Part shown: piece by piece, positions 1 through 10,740 of the stretch
Layout of the letters: every line of letters begins with the position of its first letter
Numbering within the stretch: the stretch's first letter is position 1
DNA from: Rhizodiscina lignyota
Taxonomy: Eukaryota
Assembly: GCA_010015805.1 (NCBI GenBank)
Contig: ML978137.1
Coordinates: 62,001-126,000 of the forward strand
Length of the DNA stretch: 64,000 nucleotides
Reading direction: 5' to 3'
Made by a program: the position numbers and the translations under genes
The notes under the pieces: generated by a model
The model's input: the letters and a program-made list of their open reading frames with translations, nothing else
Databases searched by the model: none
What the model was told of the DNA's origin: nothing

Positions 1-60
1 ACTCATTTGCACCATTGTATATTGCCCATTCTTTCGTTCGTCTATTCAGTCTTTTCCATC

Positions 61-1491
61 ATGGTGGTGAAGGTTCCGCCGTTACTCTTCCTTCTATTGC
101 TCCTCGGCGCTCATCCCGGTGGCGCGTCGCCTGCTGCAAGAGGTAAGCTAAGCTCGTGTCATATACGATGTCCGGTGGAAATTCGCGCGAAAGAGTGTCA
201 ATTGATGTCATAACCAGGCCAATTGCAATATAATGCCCTCCACAACGCGATACGTCCGCGAATGGTCGCACCGCAGATAGCTCATGTCGAATCCTCAGTC
301 GCAGAGCCCACATCGACGCCAGCACCTTCGACGACACCGAAGCAATCACCAAAGCAGTCAAAGACCACCACCAGTACAGATGCTGCTGGTAAACCATACA
401 CAGCGAACGTCGCAAATATCGCGCATGTCGAATCGCAAGTGGCCTCCACGACTTCGCCCGCCAACAACTTCAAAGCACATACTGAAGTGAAAGCCTCGTC
501 ACCTTCTTCCTCGCAAGAAATAACCGCAACCGCACACACTGAAGAATTAGTACCACACACAACCGGGCATGGCGGCGCACAACCCGCAGACGCCCACGTG
601 GAGTCGCCTGTCCCTACACCACAGACTGCGCATGTCGAGCAGCCTGCACCTGCTACATCCTCAACACCGGGGGCGAAGCCGACGGCGCATGTAGAAATGC
701 CAGTGCCATCGTTAACGCCAGACCATGGAGAAGGGAAGGGTGGAAGTGGAAGTGCGCATTCGTCATCGTGGTCTTCAATTGTCTCTGCTGCCGAAGCTCC
801 ACCTCAGTCTCTTACGCCTGTCGTTCCTGCTGGTGAGGCATCATCACCGCACGCTCAAAGCGAAATCCAATCCTCTTTACCACCGCAAGCCATTACCGCA
901 GCAGCTGGCATCCTTACGTACGGCGCACATACGATATCATACAGCGCCGGCCCTACTGCCATCGCCATTGGCTCGCTGACCGCTGCCGCAGGGCAAACGC
1001 TCACAATAAACTCGACACCGGTGGTTGTGTCTGCCTCAGGAGCGTCACTGTACCTCCACCCAGCTCCTACGGCGTCAGAGATGGCTTCAACCACCGAAGG
1101 TGGCCACATTACCAGCAGCGTTCCTTTCGAACACATCACAGCGACCTTGACAGCCGGATCAAGTACGTGGCACGAAGTCATCGAAGCAACGAAAAACAGT
1201 GCCGGAAATCTTGTCGCTGTCACCTCCGGGGCTGATCAAGAAGTATGGGCTGCGGCTGCGACGGCTGCAACTTCAGCCAAAGGAAGCCAACACACAGCCT
1301 TAACACTTGCGAGCGAGAGCAGCGAAGCATCGAGCACCCCAACTGAATCGTCGACGTCTGGCACCGCGAGTGGAGCGGGTAGCTCCAGCGCAGCTACAAC
1401 AGGCGCAGCCTCTCGAAATTCTGATAATTCATTACGCTTCGCCGTAGCTGCCGTACTTGGCGCTGTTGTTGGCACAGTACTAATGTTGTAA
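61..1491 (+). CDS. Secreted Ser/Thr/Ala/Pro-rich, probably GPI-anchored cell-surface protein (2 exons, intron 143-217)
   Basis: ATG at 61 gives a hydrophobic signal peptide (MVVKVPPLLFLLLLLGAHPGGA). A GTAAGC...TAACCAG intron joins it in frame to ORF 223-1491. The C-terminus has small residues followed by a hydrophobic tail (TGAASRNSDNSLRFAVAAVLGAVVGTVLML). Confidence 0.8.
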
Positions 1492-2176
1492 TTGTACGTA
1501 CTACTTTGTTACGTGTAATGGGACTTGGGCGCATGAAATGGGCTTGAAAAGATAGGGTACGGCATTGTGATGGGACTTCTTAGCGGGCGTCATTATGAGA
1601 TGGCGAGCACCGCATGTATATACTTGAGATACCTTGGACATATTTACATGGCTGACATTGGGCATGGATACATATGGCTTGTATGTAGTAGTAATTGGAT
1701 GGAAACCTGATGGCTCATTTATGGCCTCCAGTCGGAGCATTATTCCGAATAGTTCTGTACTTCATCATTCTCGGACCCTTGAGAACTCGTTTTCCCTATT
1801 TCCAAAACACGGAGAATGAACAGGTTTGATTTCTTACTCTACCACAGCGGTAACTGTCGGTCGTCTCTGGCGGTGTTCGGCGGCCGAGGCCCAATCGTGG
1901 CCCCCGCAAGTTGTGAGACTACTCCACATGGATGGTGTGTAGTTTACAGTGAATGAAATATCATGTCCGGAATCCAATTTTGAGGAACCACTCCGAATTT
2001 CCATTATCTATCAATATATTTATTTTCCTGTTGATCATTTGAAGCAGCAAACCATTCCAATTCGACGGGAGTTATGAATAGTTGAGCAGCTGCTAAAGGG
2101 AGCTACAAAATCCGAAAATAAGAGCAAGGAATGACCTTAGGACTACTTGAGACGTAAAAGGCCTTAGACTTAAGAC

Positions 2177-4249
2177 ATGCCTCAAGGGCCAGACGAAAAG
2201 GAAAATAAACAAAATGCAGACTCGGAGGAGGCACCAAGCGCGAAAGCGACGCGACGCTTGGAACAGCTGAATGGACAGCTCCCAGCAAATGGCAGCTCAA
2301 GAACGACACCTCGGCGGAAAGGCAGAACAAAACAGTCCTCACTTCCAGATGACTGGTCCGATGTCCTCGGGGAGCTTGACCAAGTCCGCAAGCTTGCACA
2401 GACGCCGAAGTCAGATACGACAGGCTACATTCGACACAAGACCGCGGGCAAGCTGTGGGTGCGAGAGCGCATTGAACTGCTGCTTGACGAGGGCAGTTTT
2501 AGAGAAGTTGGCAGTGCCGGTGGTACGGCGACCTGGGCGAGATTCCAGAGCCCGAAGAATGTTATGGAAGAGGAGAGGGAGGTTGTCGGTGATTTCGTAC
2601 CGAGCAACAACGTACAAGGTCAGTGATCTGTCTATCTCATCTAGAATTTGAAGCAGTGGAGTGACAGCTCATAATGGTTGTGGACAGGCTTCGGAAAGAT
2701 TCGAGGACGACGCGTGCTCCTGACCGCGGATGACTTCACCATACGTGCAGGGCACGCGGACGGAGCGCTCATGCCCAAGATTCTCTATATGGAGAAGTTA
2801 TGTGTCCATCTCAAACTTCCCATGATCAAGTTAGTCGATGGTGCCTCCGGGGGAGGATCTATCACGACGTATCGTGAACAAAAGGGCACATATCTACCGG
2901 AGCTGGAACTATTAATGTGGTTGGTGAGTAGTATATTCATCTCTTCGTTTTGGCCCCCCCCCCTCTTTGCGCCAACGGCACATGCAAACCCAAGCTCACT
3001 TGAGTGAAGATGCAAGAATTAGACTTAGGCATCCCACAGTGTGCAGCGGTCGTCGGTCCCGCTGTTGGCTTAGGTGCAGCCCGAGCTGCTGTGTCGCACT
3101 TCAGTGTCATTGCTACAAATATCGGCAGCCTTTTCAATGCCGGCCCCAAGATTGTCGAGGGCGCCACGTTCGAGGAGGACCTCTCATTCGAGGAACTCGG
3201 TGGCCCAAGCATTCACTGCTCAAACGGCGTCATTGACAACTCCGCACCAGACGAAAAGGGCTGTTACGAACAGATCGCGACGTTCCTCTCGTATGTCCCA
3301 AATCACGGCGGTGTGCTTCCTCCGTGCATCTCGTCATCCGACGATCCAAATCGGTCTTGTCCGGAGCTGCGAACTTCGATTCCCAGGCGGAGGCAGCGAG
3401 GATACCAAGTCCGACGCATCATCCAATCTCTTGTTGACGAAAACTCCTTCTTTGAGATTGGTCCACAATGGGGCAACACTGTTGTCGTGGGCCTGGCACG
3501 CCTACATGGCCGCCCTGTTGGCATCTTCGCAAACGACAATGAGACGAATGCAGGAGCAATGGACTCTGCTGGCGCCCAGAAGTATGACAAGCATCTGAGG
3601 CTATGTGATGTCATGGGTCTGCCGATTGTGCAGCTGGTAGACATCCCTGGCTTTGCGGTTGGGACGGTGGCAGAAAGAGGCGGAGTCATGAAGTGGGGAC
3701 TCGAGATGTATAAGACGCTGTTTTCGACTACGATTCCAATCTTCACTGTCATCATCCGGCGGTGCTACGGCATTGGCGGCGCAATCCTTGTCGATTGTCG
3801 GGAGCCAAATGTTAGGGTGGCATGGCCATCCGGAGAGTGGGGTTCTATTCCTCTTGATGGAGGTATTGAAGGTACTGCAACGACTCGGAAGTAGAAGGGA
3901 CTTCGATTACTTCGCTTACACTTATACAGTGAACCACCGAGCAGATCTGAAGAAAGCAGGCGACAAACGTGACGAGCTCTACGCTCGGCTGGAAGCGCAG
4001 TATATGAATCTCCAGAATCCCGTCCGCACTGCAAATAGGTTTGGCGTCGAGGAGATCATTGACCCTGCTCAAACGCGCTCATTGGTCTGTGCTTGGGCTA
4101 AACACATGTAAGCCCTTAAGCCTTTGGCATGAACAAGCCATTCTTCAATGTGAACATATGTGCTGATTTCGCAACCCAGGTATGAAAACAATTTGGTCGA
4201 ACGTCTCCAGCAGAGAGCATGCGGGCAGATCAAACCCTCTTTCCGGTGA
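2177..4249 (+). CDS. Acyl-CoA carboxylase carboxyltransferase (propionyl-/methylcrotonyl-CoA carboxylase beta-like), 5 exons
   Basis: Motifs GKLWVRERIELLLDEGSFREVG, DDFTIRAG, GPAVGLGA, EELGG, VGLARLHGRPVG, LVDIPGFAVG and EIIDPAQTR. GT-AG introns link the ORFs, and the last exon ends ...IKPSFR-TGA at 4247-4249. Confidence 0.9.
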
Positions 4250-4424
4250 TGCAAAGAATTGCGACTTGTGAAGCATCGCGGTCCGCGTCTACAAAAGAAC
4301 AAGATGATTGGCCATAACGAACTTTAAAAGCCAATTTACGAGGATAAATCAAGATGTGATTAGTAAAAAGATCCTTCTAGAAATGATCGCAAGAGTTGTT
4401 GTGGGAGAAGAAGCTCTGCATATC

Positions 4425-5633
4425 TCATTGTGCTGCGTTGAGTCGCATTTGTTGCAGCTCGTCCATGATTTCTTGCTTGGATTTACCTTCGCTCAAGCCT
4501 ACCGCGATAACCTCTTGCTGACTTGCTGGTGCCATTCCGTCCATTCTTGGAGGCATCTTGTCCAAATTCGTTGGAAACGGATACCCTTCACCTACCGCTG
4601 CTACGAATGACTTGACTTCTGCACTATCGCCTTGATTCTTGTACACCTCCACCAACTCATCCCAACAAGCCTCAATCAACGGCAGCGTATCGATCGTCTC
4701 CATTGGTTTACCAAATGCACTGCTGACTTGCATCAAGTTGGCACTTCGGTGGAAGTCCTCTGTCCGATTCTCGCCGGCAGCATGGAATAGTGCGTGGTTG
4801 AAGAACAGCCCGTCACCCTGCTCCAGTGGTAGTGTGATATAATGGTCGAGGAAATACTCCTTGAATTCCGGAAGTCGATATGCCATGAATCCCTCTTCAA
4901 AGCTCTGACTAAACGGCAGTAGTCTCGTCGGTCCACTCTCCAGCGGCATGCCCGTGTGTGCAACTGCACCTTGCAACGTGAGAAATTGGCTCGCAACTTG
5001 CATCGCCCTGGGGAACATGGCGCATGCCTCGCGCGTCTGAAATCCGAGATGGTAATCTCGATGCGGCATTTGCGCTTGACCTCCTGGCTTGACGACGTTG
5101 ACCTGAGTAGTGATCCTGTATGCTGGTCCCAGCCAGGCGTCGCATATGAGAGCGAGATAAGGATTGGAGTAGTACTTGAGGAAAGATGAAGAGTCCACGA
5201 GACAGTGTTTGCTGAAAGAGTTCCAGATGCGATCGTTCTTCCCGGAACCGGCAAAGTGGTCACCACCCTTTTTCGATTGTCTCTCTTGCTCGATTATTTT
5301 CGTATAGGCCGAATTGACTTTTTCTATGAGTGGCTTGTCTTTGAACATCCCCTTGAGCACTAGTACGCCAGGCCCAGATAATAGCACTGAATACCACTCA
5401 TCCTGGAGGGCGGATTTTCGTTCTGGGGTGAGCGATTCATATTGAGGAAGATTGTAAATGACAACATTTGACTCAATGGAGGAGGCTAATGGGTATTGAG
5501 ATGAAGTGGCATTCTGGGAGCAAATAGCCGCGAACTCCTTGAGAGATGGAGGCTCAGCAAGAGAGTATAGGCGGGAAGGTAATGGCTTTGTCGTGCCATT
5601 GGAGGCGCCATTAGTTAAATGCGTTCCGTTCAT
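4425..5633 (-). CDS. Phytanoyl-CoA dioxygenase (PhyH) family Fe(II)/2-oxoglutarate dioxygenase, intronless
   Basis: 402-aa ORF with HxD (QMPHRDYH), distal His (ALFHAAG) and the 2OG-binding Arg (HRSAN). Confidence 0.85.
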   Translation of the reverse strand: MNGTHLTNGASNGTTKPLPSRLYSLAEPPSLKEFAAICSQNATSSQYPLASSIESNVVIYNLPQYESLTPERKSALQDEWYSVLLSGPGVLVLKGMFKDKPLIEKVNSAYTKIIEQERQSKKGGDHFAGSGKNDRIWNSFSKHCLVDSSSFLKYYSNPYLALICDAWLGPAYRITTQVNVVKPGGQAQMPHRDYHLGFQTREACAMFPRAMQVASQFLTLQGAVAHTGMPLESGPTRLLPFSQSFEEGFMAYRLPEFKEYFLDHYITLPLEQGDGLFFNHALFHAAGENRTEDFHRSANLMQVSSAFGKPMETIDTLPLIEACWDELVEVYKNQGDSAEVKSFVAAVGEGYPFPTNLDKMPPRMDGMAPASQQEVIAVGLSEGKSKQEIMDELQQMRLNAAQ

Positions 5634-6647
5634 GGTGTTTGTGATGTCTTAGCAAGAGGGTCAGTGAAGAAGCTCTCGATATATGCGACTCTTCAGAGCA
5701 GAAGGCTTTTCATATAGCCGTGTACGGCGGAAACTTTTCCGATGACACCACGAAAGCCGCAGACTTCGGAAACTTAGATGAGCTTCTAGTAAGTCAATCA
5801 ACGAGCATAATATGAGGAAGAGATTCGAATGCCCTTTAGCTGTGGGATGTCGACTTGCGATCAACGAAGAAGCAGGAGGAAGAGCATGCCTCGGCAGAGC
5901 TCCGAAGTGGCCCTTGCGGCAGAGGCTCAGGGCCGCGATGCGCCACCTTTTTGTCCTCCCACTTATGTATTCACGCACGTAAGCATCAGAAACCGCTCCC
6001 GCGGGCCAAGATAGATTTCCCATGGTAAGTGTTGTTGGTCATATGCAAGGAACGGGAAGTCTCACCAGGAATGCTTCGAAGCCAGCGAGTGCTTCGAGCT
6101 CCGCTGCTGATTGGACGTGCCAGATGACTCGCAGACTGCTTCCATCCCACTCGCGTCGCCCGAGCTTCCTTTTTCAACTACAGCTCAGAAGCCGCTGATG
6201 CACTTGTAGCGCACCTGCCCTCGGCGGACTGTCGACTCTTCAGACTTCTTTTGTTCGTTATGGGGCGCCCCGCGACCAAATTAATGGCCTCGAGGCATCG
6301 TGCTGCCCCGTCGTTGGCTCGAGCGAAGCGCTCAGCCCTGTCGACGCGCTCCCTGCTCAAGCGAGCTTGCAGATGTCGAGCAAGACGATCGTCCCGTATT
6401 TTCAAGCTTTCTCGCTCTTTCGGCATCTATTTTGTAGTCTGCTAGCTGCTATAGGCAACTAAACAAGATTAATACAGGTTTCTGTGCCCCCCGTGAGGGT
6501 GGACGAGCGATCGACCGAACAGGCATTTGGGATGCTCTTCATGTCGACGATCGACAAGTATAAAACATAGCACTCCCTCTTAGACATATTCAACTTTGCA
6601 GCTCATCCAGTCAGTCGCTTGTTTCAATCACTTCTCATATTTCTATC

Positions 6648-8734
6648 ATGAAAATCATCTCTCTTTTGCCTCTTCTCGCCCTTGGTAGCCTTGTCTTGGG
6701 AGAGCAGTCTACCACTGAGCTGAGCAAGCGCGATACTGCAAGTACCATCTGGAAGGAAATTGAAAGTGCCGCCACTTGCACTGCTTGCTAGGTCCGTTTA
6801 ATCGTCTGCTTCCTCCTAAGCGAAGTCATATTTCCCCAAGATTGTTGTTGATCTCATTCATGTTGTCTTCTTGGTTTTGGGTATTCTGGAATTCGCTGCG
6901 CCACGTTTCATCCATATGGCCTCGCCACATATGATCGACACACAGCTGACCCGTGCCTGTTTCAATCTAGGCAATCCTTGTGCTGTTGAAAGGGGTTGCT
7001 GAGCTCGGCAATACAATCTTCGTTGATACTTTGACAGAGATCTGCAAATTGTCTGGGGTATGTTTTGTTGGCTAATCATATCTCTTCGTTGCTCACCCTG
7101 CTTAGGCTGAAGATGACGACGTCTGCGAGGGAGCCATTAAGTTGGAGGGACCTATTATCGCAAACGATCTGCGTGGCATGAGCATCGGCTCCAAGACTTC
7201 TGATCTCTTCTGTATCACGTTTCTCGGACTTTGCAGCTATCCAGCTGTTACGCCTTTTTCCATCTCTTTCCCGAAGGCCAAGCCCTCTACAGCTCGCCCT
7301 ACGCCGAGCGGACAGGATCCAATCCAGATTGTGCAGTACAGCGACATTCATGTTGACCCATTCTATGTAGCCGGTTCGAACACGAACTGCACGAAGCCCA
7401 TTTGCTGTCGCGACTACAGCGCGGCTGATGCGCCTGGTAACAATTCCTCGCCTGCTGGCCCGAATGGTGATCACAACTGTGATGCACCAGTCAGCCTTGA
7501 AGAGAGCATGTATGCAGCAATCAATGATATTGCGCCTAACGCTAAATTCAGCATCTTCACCGGCGATATCGTCGACCACGCTGTCTGGAACACAACCCAA
7601 GCCCAGAATACAATTGACATCAATGATGCATACAGTCGCATGAGCAGCGCTCTGAATCTCATTTACGGCGTAACGGGCAACCACGAGATGTCTCCAGTCA
7701 ATGCTTTCCAGACGACCGCAGAGGGCACGAACGCTCAATGGGTCTATGATCTTCTCTCCTCCGCATGGACACAGTGGATCGGCGCGTCTTCTGCATCGGA
7801 GGCTGACAAGATCGGTGCTTATTCTGCAAAGTACTCTGATGGCAATCTGCGCATCATCTCGGTCAACACCAACTTCTACTACATCCAGAACTATGAGCTC
7901 TACGAGAAGACTATGGAGACTGACCCCAGCAGCCAATTCTCATGGCTTGTTACCGAACTCCAAGCCGCAGAGGATGCCGGTGAGCGAGTTTACATCATCG
8001 GCCACATGCCCATGGGCTCGAGTGACGCATTCCATGACGGCTCCAACTACTTTGATCAAATTGTCAACCGCTATTCCTCTACTATTGCTGCCTTGTTCTT
8101 TGGACACACTCACGATGACGAAATGGAGATCGCGTACAGCGACTACAGTGCACAGTCTTTCTCCAATGCAGTCGCATATTCCTACATTATGCCTTCGATG
8201 ACACCCACATCCGGCCATCCGGCATTCCGTGTGTACTCTGTTGATCCAGTCACTTTCGCGGTGCTCGACAGCACTACTTACATTGCAAACATGGACGATC
8301 CCGATTTCCAAACGAACCCACAATGGACCAAATACTACTCGGCAAAGGAGGCCTACGGCCCTCTCGCGTCGCCTCCGCTTGGTGATGGTGACGAACTATC
8401 ACCGGCGTTCTGGCACAACGTTACCGTTGCTTGGGAAAGCAGCGATGCCGACTTTAATGACTACATCAGCAGGAAGAGCAGAGGGTGGGATGTCGAGAGC
8501 TGCACGGGCGACTGCAAGACGAATGAGATCTGCAAGGTCAGAGCTGCGAGGGCGGAGAATAACTGCGTGACCCCGACGCCGGGAGTGAACTTCAGCAAGA
8601 GAGATTTGGATGAGAGCGGCGCGGTGAAGCATCAGGATGAGTGTGGTATCAGCGTTGCAAGAAGGACTTTGGGTTCGCTGGTTCAGCGGAAGGAGCTGTT
8701 GGAGTTGGTTGCGAAAAGGTCAGGACAGCAGTAG
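6648..8734 (+). CDS. Secreted acid sphingomyelinase-like phosphodiesterase (saposin-like plus metallophosphoesterase domains), 3 exons; contains an in-frame TAG at 6789-6791
   Basis: Signal peptide MKIISLLPLLALGSLVLG. Introns at 6792-6970 and about 7058-7106. Exon 2 reads AILVLLKGVAELGNTIFVDTLTEICKLSG. Catalytic motifs SDIHVD, TGDIVDH, GNHE, IIGHMP and FFGHTH are present. Confidence 0.85.
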
Positions 8735-8805
8735 AAATAGCGGTCGACGGTATTGAACTTTCGTGCTGGTCTTGCGCCGTGCTGTCTTCTAGCTGAATAT
8801 AATAT

Positions 8806-10055
8806 TTAATCCTTGCCGTGCTTCTGTTCGAATTTTGCAGTATACAACTCGTACTCCAGCGATGCCATGACGAAAGATCCAGAACCGAGTACACTGTTGT
8901 ACAAGATCGGCTGTCCGATATAGTACTGTGGATGCATCATTAGTCAACGAAATACAGCACCATTTGGAGAGTTCTTACCGCGTATGATGCGGTCGAGTTC
9001 AAACTGCATACGGCTACAGTGCGGTTGTAGCCTAACGTGCCGTTACCGTTGTCCACGACGAAATTCTGCACAATGTATTCATATGCACGCGCCGCAGCAT
9101 TTTCGTAATGCGGGAGATATCCCATCCTTGACCCTTTGAAGAGTGCGTACACGAACATGGCGCTTCCGCTTGATTCAATGTAATTCCCTTCGCGCCCCGG
9201 CTGATCAAGGATCTGCCACCACGCGCCAGATGCGGGATCCGCAGCCCTCACGACCGCAGCAGAGAGTTTCTGGAATTTCTGCTGTACATCCACCAGATGA
9301 GGAGACAGCTCCAGTATGTCCGCGAGCGCCATCATGTACCAACCAAGACTCCTGCCCCAGACATGCGGTGAACCTCCCGTGATGGGATTGGCCCACACAG
9401 CCGTCTTGGAATAATCGTATCCATGCACTAGAAGGTCGGTTGCGTTATTGTAGCAGTGTTGCCAGAGGAGGTCTAGTTGGTATAGGACGTCATTAATGGA
9501 TGCTGTTGCAGTTTCGCCCTTGCTGTACACGTTGGCGTAGAGCGTGTAGAAAGGCGCGAAGGAGTACATCCCGTCGAGGTACGACCATTCCGGGTACACA
9601 AAATACCATAACCCCCCTGCGGGGTTGCGAGGTTGCAAGTCGATTGACCTGCGAAGTGCGGCAATAGTTTCTTGATATGTCTGATTGCTGTCTTGCTCGA
9701 ACAGGTTGATGAGGTTGTTTCCATTCGAAAATCGGTCCAAAGGGTAGGATATGTCTTTGCTCGCGTTACTCAGGACAGGTGTTACAGAGTTGACGCTGCG
9801 AGTGATATATGCTCTCAACTCTGGAGTAGATAAATCGTGTGGATACTGCTCGATTATGCGGTGGAGTGCTTTCTGTGTGATACCCGCTTGCAGCAGCTCG
9901 GATGAGTCGGATTGGTTGAGCATGAGTCCCTGTTCGCGGGATATGATGCTCGTAGCCATCCATATCGAATAATTGGAAGGCTTCTGATGTCCCCTTTGCC
10001 CGGAATAGCACGAAACGCCGGCAATGAAAAGTAATAGGGATAAAACGAGGTTCAT
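8806..10055 (-). CDS. Secreted GH105/GH88 unsaturated rhamnogalacturonyl/glucuronyl hydrolase (YteR-like), 2 exons
   Basis: Signal peptide MNLVLSLLLFIAGVSC. Motifs YLDGMY, LVHGYD, WGRSLGWY and YIESSGSAMF. A short last exon YYIGQPILYNSVLGSGSFVMASLEYE ends with TAA at 8806. The start could instead be 10067. Confidence 0.85.
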
Positions 10056-10740
10056 GGTGCCAGGCATGGCTGGCCGATTTCCCTCCTTCGTCGCATGAGA
10101 TAAAGAAGCGACGAAAAGAACAAGAGGATGATTAGTTGTTATAAAGAGACTCTTACAAATACGAGGCACCATCTTGGATGTAGACAAGGTAGGAATAACC
10201 TTCACGCGGTGGAGACCGATCGTCATACCAAGCAATCGCGCGGTTTTCGTGTAGTGCACTGGGCCATCTGGCTACACGCTAGAGTGGCAAAAGGTGCAAA
10301 ACTCTGAAGTTGCGATAACTCCGATAGGTATGGAGCCTCGTACTTCACCTGTGCTCCCCAAGGTTTACCCACTTCAGTACAAGGAAGTATTAGGAAAAGC
10401 CTTGAAAAGGTTAAAGATTGTGCCTGGCGATCTCTCGCAAGGTGGGCGTTGACCTCGGAAGCACCTAGGGTTGCTTACATCAGCACCAAGGACGCTAAGC
10501 CTAATCGCCCTGGGGACGGCGACGTCGGAACTGCCTACTTTCACTCTAACACTCCGCCCTACGCCATCTGAATATGCGGCTCTTGGGCGTTTATTGCATC
10601 GGATGTACCAATCAGGGGCCGAACCTACGCTTTTGCGCGTTCTGTGGGGCGTAACGCTGATGGCAACTGCCCGCGTTGCGTAATGTGAACTCGGTCGTGC
10701 AGACACTGATACGAGCCGCAAATTCCCCACAATTGCAGAA

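Noticed and set aside
5661..6445. Short ORFs, including 6178-6426(-) continuing past a TAG into 5986-6177(-)
   Set aside because: No recognisable domain or consistent splice model; the region lies in the divergent promoter of PhyH and the sphingomyelinase.
6792..6970. Possible spliceosomal twin intron or micro-exon that would bypass the TAG
   Set aside because: The donor/acceptor combinations I tried either recreate TAG or put exon 2 out of frame, and branch spacing is poor.
7076..7936. Long antisense ORFs (also 32216-32866, 45213-45692, 46866-47387)
   Set aside because: Shadow frames of codon-biased genes on the opposite strand, with no protein-like motifs.
10056..10259. N-terminal extension of the GH105 ORF from a GTG start
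   Set aside because: A eukaryotic ATG start followed by a signal peptide at 10055 (or 10067) fits better.
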